In this document: piece by piece, positions 20,376 to 30,405 of the stretch
Layout of the letters: each line of letters opens with the position of its first letter
Numbering within the stretch: position 1 is the first letter of the stretch
Source: Craspedostauros australis
Lineage: Eukaryota
Assembly: GCA_030167865.1 (NCBI GenBank)
Contig: JALAGF010005973.1
Location: 1-33,639, forward strand
DNA: 33,639 nucleotides
Reading direction: 5' to 3'
Position numbers and translations under genes: made by a program
Notes under the pieces: generated by a model
What the model was told of the DNA's origin: nothing
Database searches by the model: none
What the model saw: the letters and a program-made list of their open reading frames with translations, nothing else

Positions 20376-23300
20376 TCAACCCACCCGATGCAATGTTCGC
20401 GCGCTGGTCTGTCCCATGTCGGTCATCTTGAGCATCGCATGGTACTTCTCGATCGCAGATTCCATCGATCTTCGCGCCGCGATCAGTGATTGCTTGGAGA
20501 GATTGTCTGCCATGAGGTTCTTTCGGAGGACGATTTCGATCAGATTCCACAGCGTGTCGATCTTCTTGAGGGGAACGAAGAGGACGTCTCCCTTTTCTGG
20601 GAGTCTGGTGCGTCCCTGCAGGGTGTGCGTGGATGACAGGACGGAGGTGACGAGCTCGCAAGCCTCGGCGAACAGACCGTACTTCATATACAGAGTCAGC
20701 AACGCTGACGGGTCTCCTCTGAAGCTTGTGTTGTTGTGTGCGTTCGCTCCGCTGCATGCAAACCCACCGCGCTTTGCAAATCGCTCGCCGCCCAGGCAGG
20801 TCTCGAGCCACATCGGCAGCTGCGCTGGAGAGCCGAATTCGTTGATACTGGAGACGAAAATGGCGTTGGCGACATCAGCAGCAATGAGCTTGTCCTGCAC
20901 GGCTTGGAAGTTGACGACCTTTTCAAGCACAGCCATCGCATTCTTCTCGATCAGAGTCTGCGTGTGCAACGAGCAAGACTTGTATTGCTCGGCTCGGATG
21001 AAGGAGAAGGTCGGTCCCTTGTCGAAGTACGACGCCGTGTTCTGGATCTGCCGCAGAGTCGGTCGTGACGTGGTCCAGATACGCTTGTCCGAGGTCTCGC
21101 CTTCGCTCTCCTCGTTGTCGCTCTGAGAGGCGGCAACGCCGATGGCGATGGGGACGATGTGTGCCTCCAGCAGCGTGCGGATAGCGTTGGAGAGGATGTC
21201 TTCGCCACCAGAGCCACATGCGCCCGTGGTTTGCCGGTAGTTGTTCGCCACCGTTTTGGCCAGCAGCAACGCCACTGGGTAGTAGCCCAAATCGAACAGC
21301 TTCTTGACGATGTCCAACGTCTCGTGAATTTCGCTCATGAAGCCACTCTTGGCGACAAGGGGATCGACCGATTTGTCCATGAACAGGGTGCGGAGCGCCA
21401 AGCTCAAGATGACGCGGCCATGTACTTCCGCAGGGGTCATTAGGAGGTCGATCTTGCCCGTCTCCCTGTCATTGCCATCATCTTCATCATCATCGTCTTC
21501 CACCACTGCAGCCGATGGGCCTGCAGTGCCCCGACTTCGCTTGTTGCTCATTTGCAGCATGGTGGCATCGTTGCTTTGGCTGGTGCTCACAATGTCATCG
21601 GAGTCGGATCCACCAGAGACAAAGTACTTCGTTCCCTTGTCCTTGACCAGTCCGAAGGAAACCCACGCCCCGAGCGATGCCATGGTCAAATCTTCGACGA
21701 TGATGGTATCCCGCAGGATCGATGCGCCCAGACTGTGAGCCGCCGTGTATCCTCCTGACTTCATGGCGCCCACTGCCGTCACGTACCGCACGTCCATCGA
21801 TTGCGCCGCACGTCGCCATTGGCGCTGCGATGTATGCAACGAGAAGAGCGCTCCGGCGTAGTCCGAGATTCGGAATGGCTCCTGCGAGGTGGCGCGGAGG
21901 GTGTAGAAGTTCTCGCTGCCAAGGGCCAGCTTCTCGAGCACGGTGGACGCGATCTGGTACAGATCGTGGGATGATTCACCATCCTCGCCATCGCCGGATC
22001 CGATCTTCTGGCATGCGGCGAGCAATTCTTGCAGCGCGCCACGGTCCACCATATCTCGCACGAGCTGTCGGAAGTCGGCATCCCGCCGACCTTCATCCGG
22101 GTTCTTGACGCACGCCTCGAATGCCTGGTCCCAATCCCTTGCGTTCACGGAGTGCTGGAACAAGGAGGACCAGAGGTTGATGTACTCTGGCATGGCCAGG
22201 CATTCCTCCGAAGGGATGCTGTCCTGGAATGTGGAGATGGTCCCGTTGATGAGCTGGATGACCATCGCCGAACCTTGCTGGGTGTAGTTGCTTTCCTTGC
22301 GTGTGGGTGATCCAATGTGACGCGAAACGACCGTGATTCTGTGCATGAGTTGCGTGAGATGGACGAGCAACGCGGCAAGCTCTTGGATGGCTGCTGCCAC
22401 CTCCTCCTCTTGAAACCGGGCGTTGCCTGCGGCGATCGAGGGCAGGAACCAGTTCTTGACGGACTCCAGCTTGGCCACGCGATCGAAATCGAAGCCAGCG
22501 GGCGCGGTGCCGTCACTCATTGCCAAGTTGCGCAGCATGCCTGACAGCTGCTTCTGCCAGTCTTTCATCATGGGAGTCGCCGACTTGCGACGCACGGATT
22601 GCAACGCTTCGATCGCCAGACCCGTTGTGTCTGGATCAATCGTTGGGTGGCCGAAACCGTTGGAGATGAGCAGGGCGCTGGCACGCTCACGCAGCTGCAG
22701 GATGGCATCCTCATCCTGCCCGCCCTGCTTGAACCACGCGTGGGACTCGATCAGCATACATTCGGCGGCTGTCTCGTTGCGGCGGCTCACATGATCCGTG
22801 GATTCGTGCTCCATGTGAAAGGAAACGTACGGCGCCAACAGTCTGAGCGCGAGCCGCGGGTAGTCGGTGACGACATCCATGTCCTTGGGGGTGGGAAGCG
22901 CACCCAGCTCGAGCTGCTGCTCACCATCATCGTGCGCGGGTGACGCAGCGAAGGAGATGTTGACTCGCTGCGAAGCGAAGGCAGAATGAACAAAGGCAAA
23001 CCCAAGCAACATGGTGACCTCGGCTGGGGAATTGGTGACGAACGTTGTTGCATCCATGCGTTGCGACGATGCCATCATGACAACATCCAAGGCTGTCGTC
23101 ACCTTCGCATTGGTGACTGGAAGTAGGCTCTGCGCGTCGTCACCAAAACTGAGGCGTTTGCCTGGAGGAGCGAAGCCGTCGGGGCTGCCATCGAAGTTGA
23201 CGGTCTTGCGACGCGTCGTGTGGTAGGCCGCATCGGGCATGGGGACGTGCTGCGACGTGGTCCAAAGCACTGCCACGGACTGAAAGTACGCTCGGCGAGC

Positions 23301-25880
23301 GACAACTTCGGCATCTCCACCTTGGATGAGGTCGGACAGCAGCAACCAGCGGCCTAGGTACATGCGCCGCATGGAGTCCGCACATAGCTTGGCCAGGCTG
23401 CATGCGCAATGACGCAGCTGGCTGCTGGCCATTACCATGCGTCCCAGCTTGCGCTCATCTTGCCGACCTTCCACGTCGGCACTGGCGACGCTGAGACCTG
23501 GAAGGTGCATACTGGATGGATCGGGCGTGGAGACGGCCCAATTCATGAGCTCCTCCACCGAGATCGATTCTCCGATCACCTCGAGCATCCCGTGCTCTTC
23601 GTCGCTGATCCCATTGGAGCCAGAGTCGGTCCACGCCCACGAGGCGAGGTTCTTGAAGTTGGATAGCATAGGATCGATGGTGTCCGGCGTGACCAGCGCA
23701 AGGGTGCCGGCGGAAGTCATCCTGCAAATGTCCTGCTCCAGTCGCGACAGATCGATGGACTTGCCACCATCCTGCTCCACCGCCGAGAGCAAGGACAGAG
23801 CGGACCGATCGAGGATGTTCCACTTCTCCTTCTCCAGATTGTCGACGCTGGTTTGATCCTGCGTGTGCGGCGGCTGGACGAGGGTCGTGGTGACGCCGGA
23901 ACGCACCACGATTTGGATGTTCGTATTTTGAGATTCGGCCCAGCCAGACAGCAGTGGATGACGCAGCGCTTCCTCCTCTTCCAGAACTTGCAACAGAAAC
24001 TGCCGCCATCGGCTATCGTGCTCGTGAAGCTTCTGCTGGTTCTTTTCGATGCGGGCCTCGATGTCGTCGTCGTCCATGTCATCGATGTTCATGTCGTGAT
24101 CGTCGTCGTCATCACCACGGCCGTCATCATCGCCGCTGCAATCCACCATCGACTGGTACACCTGCTGCGGGCTGGTGAGGATTCCTTGGGCGGCGTCTGC
24201 GACCGGCATGATGGCCTTCATGGGCGTTCCGAGAGGCTGCGCGCTCTGCTCCTTCGTGCGCCAATCCTCCATGGCTCGCATCGTCTCGAGCTCGACGGAA
24301 TAGGTCTCGGAGTAGGGTTGCGTTGTATTGTAGCCTCGCACGAGCTTTGCCATCGAAGCGCGGATGCAGTTGCGCGATGGTGGCAAAACAGTTCCCGTGC
24401 CGCGCGGGTAGATGGGACGGAAGAGGTACTTCATGTACATGGCGTCGATGGATTGCAGGCCGCTGTGCAGATCGGTACCAATGTCGTCGGGCATGAAGGA
24501 AAGGGCCTTGACTCGCCGCGTCTCCTCCGCCGCGGCCATGTCGAGACTGCCTTCGCAGCAGTTGATGGTCGGCGTGATCCCCACCATGGTCATGAAGCTC
24601 GGTGGGTAGGTGGCATCGATGATGCCGGTCTTGGATCTGTAGAGTGTCGCCAGCGTGCATCTGGACGTTGCGGGCAAGAAGGACATGCTGACGAGCGACG
24701 TGGCCGTGTTGGGGACCTGCAATGACAGGCACTTGGCCTCGGCGCTGTTCTGCTGCTGTCCCTCCATGACGACGAGGTGGCAGGTGGAAGCCGCGGGCGT
24801 CGACTGGCCGACGTCAAAGTAGGATTGGTGCACCTGGACGTGCAGAACGAGGGCGTAGGCCTGGCTGTAGAGGCGCGACGATAGAGCCACCGAGTTGGGA
24901 CGGCCGCTCCATTCCGATGGTCTCGGGACGCTGGCCTGATCGAGTTCGAGCTTGTAGACCTCGTGGGGACTCAAGCCTGCCTCCGGCTGCAGCGTCCACT
25001 TGCGGATGCTGGCATCTGAGTGCACCGTGAAGAGGAAGTAGGGATCCAGGAGGGGATTCGGTCGCGACGCCAGGCACATGGCCGCCACGGGTGGCATGTC
25101 GAGCACGCTGCCCTCGACCTTGCCGATGATGGCCTCCGACGTGCGCGTGAGGATCTTGAAGACGCTGCTCTGCATGCCCTCGAGGCAGTGCGACTCGCTC
25201 CAGATGGCCGACGTGGCCTTGTCGATGTCGACGGAGAAGATGAAGGGCGCCAGCGCGACGCAGACGTAGGACCTGGTGACGAAGGTGACCATGTTGGGCT
25301 GCAGCGTGGAGTTGGCCACCTGCTCGCTGACTTCGTTGGTCGCCGCCGTGCTGGGCATGTAATCGGAGACGGCGAGGATCTTCGCAGGCGCAGGATGCGG
25401 CATGAGCTGGTCGGTGCATCGGAAGACGAGGAAGGTGCCCCTGGTGTCCACGATGACCACGCGGATGGCGAGGCCGGCTGCCGTGTCCTCCGCGAAGGCG
25501 TGCACCTTGGCGATGGCGTCGCTGAGCTGGCCGCTGGCAATGATGTTGGTCAAATCCAGCTGGATGAGCTTGGGCGACTCCATCGGATCCGACGTCCAAG
25601 ACAGCGCCAACGACAGAACGTGCGGGTCGTCCGGCAGGGCGGAGGTCGTCAGGATGACGTCCTTCTGTCTCAGGTTGAGCGTCGACACGCTGGCCGCACC
25701 CATCAGCGCGTCCTCCGACGATGCATCGTACTTGTCCTGCCGCTCGAACGGCGACGATCCTGATGCTGCATCTCTCACAGCGGAGGCAGGGACTCTGCGG
25801 ATGTGGCAGTCTTCATCCACCGCGTAACGTCGGGGTGATCCCTCGATGCCAGGCAGCACGAGAGGGATCTCCGTCGACAT
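20376..25880 (-). CDS. NUP160: Nucleoporin Nup160/Nup120-like, intronless, 1834 aa
   Basis: Beta-rich N-terminus with LFTVHSDASIRKW and an alpha-helical C-terminus. Nup160-like segments: LWSSLFQHSV..WDQAFEACVKNPD..RR..FRQLV, DYAGALFSLH..QWRRAAQSM, LPMWLE..DPSALLTLYMKYGLFAEACELV and VPLKKIDTL. Confidence 0.82.
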   Translation of the reverse strand: MSTEIPLVLPGIEGSPRRYAVDEDCHIRRVPASAVRDAASGSSPFERQDKYDASSEDALMGAASVSTLNLRQKDVILTTSALPDDPHVLSLALSWTSDPMESPKLIQLDLTNIIASGQLSDAIAKVHAFAEDTAAGLAIRVVIVDTRGTFLVFRCTDQLMPHPAPAKILAVSDYMPSTAATNEVSEQVANSTLQPNMVTFVTRSYVCVALAPFIFSVDIDKATSAIWSESHCLEGMQSSVFKILTRTSEAIIGKVEGSVLDMPPVAAMCLASRPNPLLDPYFLFTVHSDASIRKWTLQPEAGLSPHEVYKLELDQASVPRPSEWSGRPNSVALSSRLYSQAYALVLHVQVHQSYFDVGQSTPAASTCHLVVMEGQQQNSAEAKCLSLQVPNTATSLVSMSFLPATSRCTLATLYRSKTGIIDATYPPSFMTMVGITPTINCCEGSLDMAAAEETRRVKALSFMPDDIGTDLHSGLQSIDAMYMKYLFRPIYPRGTGTVLPPSRNCIRASMAKLVRGYNTTQPYSETYSVELETMRAMEDWRTKEQSAQPLGTPMKAIMPVADAAQGILTSPQQVYQSMVDCSGDDDGRGDDDDDHDMNIDDMDDDDIEARIEKNQQKLHEHDSRWRQFLLQVLEEEEALRHPLLSGWAESQNTNIQIVVRSGVTTTLVQPPHTQDQTSVDNLEKEKWNILDRSALSLLSAVEQDGGKSIDLSRLEQDICRMTSAGTLALVTPDTIDPMLSNFKNLASWAWTDSGSNGISDEEHGMLEVIGESISVEELMNWAVSTPDPSSMHLPGLSVASADVEGRQDERKLGRMVMASSQLRHCACSLAKLCADSMRRMYLGRWLLLSDLIQGGDAEVVARRAYFQSVAVLWTTSQHVPMPDAAYHTTRRKTVNFDGSPDGFAPPGKRLSFGDDAQSLLPVTNAKVTTALDVVMMASSQRMDATTFVTNSPAEVTMLLGFAFVHSAFASQRVNISFAASPAHDDGEQQLELGALPTPKDMDVVTDYPRLALRLLAPYVSFHMEHESTDHVSRRNETAAECMLIESHAWFKQGGQDEDAILQLRERASALLISNGFGHPTIDPDTTGLAIEALQSVRRKSATPMMKDWQKQLSGMLRNLAMSDGTAPAGFDFDRVAKLESVKNWFLPSIAAGNARFQEEEVAAAIQELAALLVHLTQLMHRITVVSRHIGSPTRKESNYTQQGSAMVIQLINGTISTFQDSIPSEECLAMPEYINLWSSLFQHSVNARDWDQAFEACVKNPDEGRRDADFRQLVRDMVDRGALQELLAACQKIGSGDGEDGESSHDLYQIASTVLEKLALGSENFYTLRATSQEPFRISDYAGALFSLHTSQRQWRRAAQSMDVRYVTAVGAMKSGGYTAAHSLGASILRDTIIVEDLTMASLGAWVSFGLVKDKGTKYFVSGGSDSDDIVSTSQSNDATMLQMSNKRSRGTAGPSAAVVEDDDDEDDGNDRETGKIDLLMTPAEVHGRVILSLALRTLFMDKSVDPLVAKSGFMSEIHETLDIVKKLFDLGYYPVALLLAKTVANNYRQTTGACGSGGEDILSNAIRTLLEAHIVPIAIGVAASQSDNEESEGETSDKRIWTTSRPTLRQIQNTASYFDKGPTFSFIRAEQYKSCSLHTQTLIEKNAMAVLEKVVNFQAVQDKLIAADVANAIFVSSINEFGSPAQLPMWLETCLGGERFAKRGGFACSGANAHNNTSFRGDPSALLTLYMKYGLFAEACELVTSVLSSTHTLQGRTRLPEKGDVLFVPLKKIDTLWNLIEIVLRKNLMADNLSKQSLIAARRSMESAIEKYHAMLKMTDMGQTSARTLHRVG

Positions 25881-26529
25881 CGTCGTATCGCTGTGGTCTG
25901 GTTACCAGTACTATTATGCAATACGGGAGTAATAGAATGAACGATACAGCAGTATCCTCTCTGTTGTCTATTCTACCACCAAATCCTTGGTTTCAAATTG
26001 TGGCGTTGCTTTTTTGCCTCCGATGGCTGTTGTTGGTGGTGCTTCGTGTTTGGCGCGGCATTGTGTTGCAGCGCTTGTCGTTGTTGTTGGTGGTGTCTCT
26101 TGTGTGTGTTTGTGGTTTGATTTCCTTTGATTTGTGTTGGTCTGGTTCTAGAAAAGGTACCACTCAGATACCACACAGAAAGAGTCACTGGATCAATTGA
26201 AGAAACAAGAACACACTGATGTTTCAGAACAATTGTATTTTGCGGACAGTTAAAGCGGACAGAAGTTTACGATCATCATGTGTTTCGTCTGCAACTGTAT
26301 ACGTCTTCCATTGTCGTAACCAACCAAAAAGCGAGATCGCTGCGAAGATCACGGAGGCAACCGTTGTCCTATTTCTTGTTTTCTGTTACCAGCAGCGTTG
26401 ATGCCGATTGGGAGACGACCATCAACGACGCCACCATCAACACCACCATCATCATCAACAACAACAACATCCACCGCATAGCACAACGCAGAACACATCG
26501 CATTTCACTGATAGTGGATCGATAGAAAG

Positions 26530-28386
26530 ATGGCGGCGAAGACGAAGTCAAAGACGAAGGCATCGCTGGTGCCTGCGAAAGCAAGCCCCAAGCAGACGAA
26601 TGCTGCGATGGGACCCAAGAGCGAGGTCGTGGAACGCGCTGTGGCTGCTTTGGTCAAGCACGTGACGAAGGGCAAGGAGGGCAACGATCTGCTGCAGGAG
26701 GATGCCACCGTTCAGGTGCAGCTCTCCATGCAGATGGCACCCATGCACAGCAGTCCCAAGCCAATCCGGCTGCAGATCCCGAACGCGCTGTACCAGCTTG
26801 CCGAAACCGACGACGCCAAATCCGCCGGCAACACGAAGAATGAGAAGAAGAAAGCCGCGATGGAATTGGCACAGGAGGCGGAGGTCTGCTTGATCGTCAA
26901 GGAGGAATCGAAGTCATGGGTGCAGGAGATGATCGCCAACAACTCCACGCAGATGGGCTGCATCAAGAAGGTCCTGGGCCTGCAGTCGCTGCGCAAGAAG
27001 CACGCGCAGTACGATCAACGCAGACAGCTCCTCTCCAAGTACAACTTCTTCATGGCCGACGATCGCATCCTTCCCATGCTCACGAAGCATCTGGGAAAGG
27101 ACTTCTTCAAGGCCAAGAAGCTGCCTATTCCAATCAAATTGACGCGCAAGGAAGCACTGCCCTTTGCCGTCCAACGCGCGCTCGCCGCCACATTCATGTC
27201 CATTCCGGCTGGAACGTGCATCACCATCAGGTACGCTCGATGAATCAAACATGCAGCAGACGTCAGCAACATGGGCATGGTACACATCCATACGGTGTCA
27301 TTTATATCGACGCCTGCGTTGATAGCCGTGTCAGCACAACTGGATTATTGCCAAAGTTCAATGGTCCGATCCATTCGTTCATCAACATGCTTCATGCAAA
27401 TCTCATTTCATTATTGCGCCATGCCCTGCAATTACATTCCACTTCATCTGACATCGATTGTTGCTATTATGACCGTCACAATCGCCCAATGCCATCCACA
27501 ACACAACAGAGCCGGCCACACGGGAATGGACGAGCAGGACATCGCCGCCAACATCCTCGCCATCGTCCAAGGTGCCGCTGACAAAATTCCACGCAAATGG
27601 GCCAACGTCCAAGCCATCAACATCAAAACACCAGATAGTGTCGCGCTGCCAATCTACAACAAGAGTCCGGCAGCGCTGTTGGAGATTGCCCAAATGGCGG
27701 GTCTCCAGGCAATCAAACCGAAGCAGTACAAGGTGCTGGAACAGGCAAAGAAGTCAGCTGCCGCAGCCAAAAAGCAGCAACAGTCCAAGAAGCAGTCCGG
27801 CACAAAACATGACACTAAGGATGACACCGCGACGCCAACGCCAGCATCGACGCCGACCAAAAAGGACAAACCACAGGCCGCCAAAAAGTCAAAGACGGAG
27901 CTGAAGAGTCCCTTGCTCAAGGCCCTCAAGAAGCAGAAGCAAGATCAGAGAGATGCACAGAAGGAGCAGAAAGAAAAGACTACGGACAAGGATGTCACAT
28001 CCACGCCCACCAAGAGCAAAACATCGGACGAATCATCCAAGGGCAAGAAGCGCAAATCGTTGGATAAGAAATCGCCCAAGAAATCACCTGCTGCAAAGCA
28101 GAAGGATGACAACCCCACCAGCGGCACTCCCACTAGTGCGAAGAAGCAAAAGAGTAGCGACAGCGACACAAAGAAAAAGGACTTCATTTCTGCGAAGAAA
28201 TTCAAGGGCTCCAAATCGGGATACATCTTCACCCTGGGCAAGCAGGGTCTCGGATACTACGTCGATCACAAGCCGGTCGTGAACAAGATGGTCCTGGATG
28301 CGCTCACGAGACAGTCCAAGCAGTCCCGGCGCGGCGGTGCACGCAACAACAAGAAGAATAAGTACAAGGGCACGAGGCGGTTTTGA
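26530..28386 (+). CDS. RSL1D1: Ribosomal L1 domain-containing protein (RSL1D1/Utp30/Cic1-like); exons 26530-27230, 27510-28386 (525 aa)
   Basis: Motifs KPIRLQIP, EVCLIVK, IKKVLGLQSLRKK, YNFFMADDRILPML..LGKDFFK.KKLPIPI, GTCITIR|AGH, W.NVQAINIKT..SVALPIY, followed by a Lys-rich tail. The intron is phase-2 GT-AG. Confidence 0.92.
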
Positions 28387-28497
28387 GCACGCACATGGCA
28401 TAACCAAATGCTCTAGTTATCAATGTACTCTTAGCGCTCTCCTCTCGTGGTACAGAAATTGGAATGGCTCTCGATTCAACTAATGGCTGCGCACTCC

Positions 28498-29721
28498 TCA
28501 CTCCCATTTCACCCGGTGCTTGACTTTCCTCCGCGCGAACAACGCCAACACGAGCATGGACAACGCATCCATTCCAACGCAGACACCACCCACATAATGC
28601 ACACGCCCTTGATGCGCCAACAATGTAGTCCCCACAATGGGTCCAACAATTCTTGCCGCGCTTAACAGACAGTGCTGCAAATCCTGGTCGTCGTCCAAGA
28701 CTTGTCGCAGTTCCATGGCGACGCCAGTCGTCACAATCTGAGTGCAAAGCCCAATGCCAACTGCCGGCCAATTTGCCATCTTCATTTGCGCAAGTGCACA
28801 CCAAGCGATGAGATGCCCCACAAACCCCAACCATACCACGCCTCTGCATCCGGCACGCTGCGTCAATGGTCCCATGACGAAGGCGCCAAACAGCGCCGTC
28901 GCCGCCCGGTCCATGGCCATGTAGTGCGTCATTTCTGAGAACAGATAGGCCTGCTTCCAAATCAACGGAAGCGTCGTGGAATAGATGGAAGACGACAGTG
29001 AATTGCATGCATGGAGCAGAAGGAATGGAAGGACCTTGGACTGCATCGCGGTTCGGATGGAATTTGAAATGCGTTGAAAGAGTGTGATATCTGTGCGTGG
29101 ATGCAATGACGTACCGCCGCTGCTGTTGTTGTCGTATGCTTGCTGTTGATTGGGCAAGAACAGATAGGAGAATACTACGGACGCCATAGATAGGTACATG
29201 GAGTAACGCGCCCCGGTGTATAAATCATCGCCCTGTGATATCCGCGAGAAGGCAACGCCAACGAGCGGACCAATCACTGCCCCAACGGCATACGCCATGT
29301 TCATGAGGCGCAATACGACATGGGCATCGTCGTGCGTGAGCGCTTGTGCTGTCGCATTGGCCACCAGAAATGTCGCCTGAAAGAGTGCCGGGATCTTGCT
29401 CCATAGCAGCATATCCAAGTGCGTCGCGTTGGACACGATTGCGTATGAGATAGCGCACGACCCGAAGACGATGATGTTGGTGGTGCGAACCCCAACTGTG
29501 CGCAGGAGCCACCGCACGATGGGCATCCCGATGATTTGGATCAGCACGAAGATTGTCTGCAGTTTGCCATAGACCAAGGTCGCGTCATCGCCATCGCGGG
29601 ACAGCGCCTCCACTTGGAACGGTTCGAGACATCGCTGCAATTGGGAGCATGCCGCGTGCAGCGCGATGTTGATGCAAGTGATCCAGATCGCACGTCGGCG
29701 TTGTCGCGTTTCTCGTGTCAT
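28498..29721 (-). CDS. Major facilitator superfamily transporter, SLC22A18-like, divergent (407 aa)
   Basis: Multiple hydrophobic helices, with YGKLQTIF.LIQIIG.PI, LLWSKIPALFQ..FLVA, AYAVGAVIGPLVG and SAARIVGPIVGT.LL. Confidence 0.8.
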   Translation of the reverse strand: MTRETRQRRRAIWITCINIALHAACSQLQRCLEPFQVEALSRDGDDATLVYGKLQTIFVLIQIIGMPIVRWLLRTVGVRTTNIIVFGSCAISYAIVSNATHLDMLLWSKIPALFQATFLVANATAQALTHDDAHVVLRLMNMAYAVGAVIGPLVGVAFSRISQGDDLYTGARYSMYLSMASVVFSYLFLPNQQQAYDNNSSGGTSLHPRTDITLFQRISNSIRTAMQSKVLPFLLLHACNSLSSSIYSTTLPLIWKQAYLFSEMTHYMAMDRAATALFGAFVMGPLTQRAGCRGVVWLGFVGHLIAWCALAQMKMANWPAVGIGLCTQIVTTGVAMELRQVLDDDQDLQHCLLSAARIVGPIVGTTLLAHQGRVHYVGGVCVGMDALSMLVLALFARRKVKHRVKWE

Positions 29722-29932
29722 AGCGATAGAGTGCGTGCAAGTAGAGTCCCATGCGACTATGAATCCGTATCATCTTCAAGGTCGTCTGCGTTCTGCTATG
29801 TGTGGGCAGTGTTGCGATCAAAGTCGTTCTGCCGTGCAACGAAGGCGACGGTACCAACGGCTATGATGACAAGCTCACGCTGACTTCGCTCACAGGAGAG
29901 CAACTGCTCTGGCTGCAGCGACGGATGTGGTC

Positions 29933-29948
29933 AGAGAGAGAGAGAGAG
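29933..29948. repeat. (AG)8 microsatellite
   Basis: Direct reading of the sequence. Confidence 0.9.
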
Positions 29949-30405
29949 CGTATGCACGAGTGTGATCGTCGTTGTCTGCTTGCTGCTGGTATCCTCTTGC
30001 GTGCCGTTTGTGTGTGTGGCTTTGTTGTGAGGCAGTGTGCACATCCTTCCACGTCTCAGTTGGCCGTGGTGTGTTTCGGAATACATCCCGAAGAGCTATT
30101 CGAATTGGGATCCAAAAAGGGTGCTTGCGAATCAGTACCGAATTGAACGTGACTTCTCCATTTTCTCCGAAATTTGGCCTCATTTTGAGTTAGCTCTTCA
30201 GATTTACGACAAAGATCTGTTTCGATCTTCTTCTTTGAGGTGTCAACACGAACGATGCTGACGAGAACACACAACGCACACACGTGCACAACTGCACGCA
30301 GAGGCGCTCACAACGATCACAAACCAGGATATCGTAGATCATCGAACGCATTCTATTGCCACAGCAGATAGCACAAAACATACAAGCACCAGTACAATAC
30401 TCACC

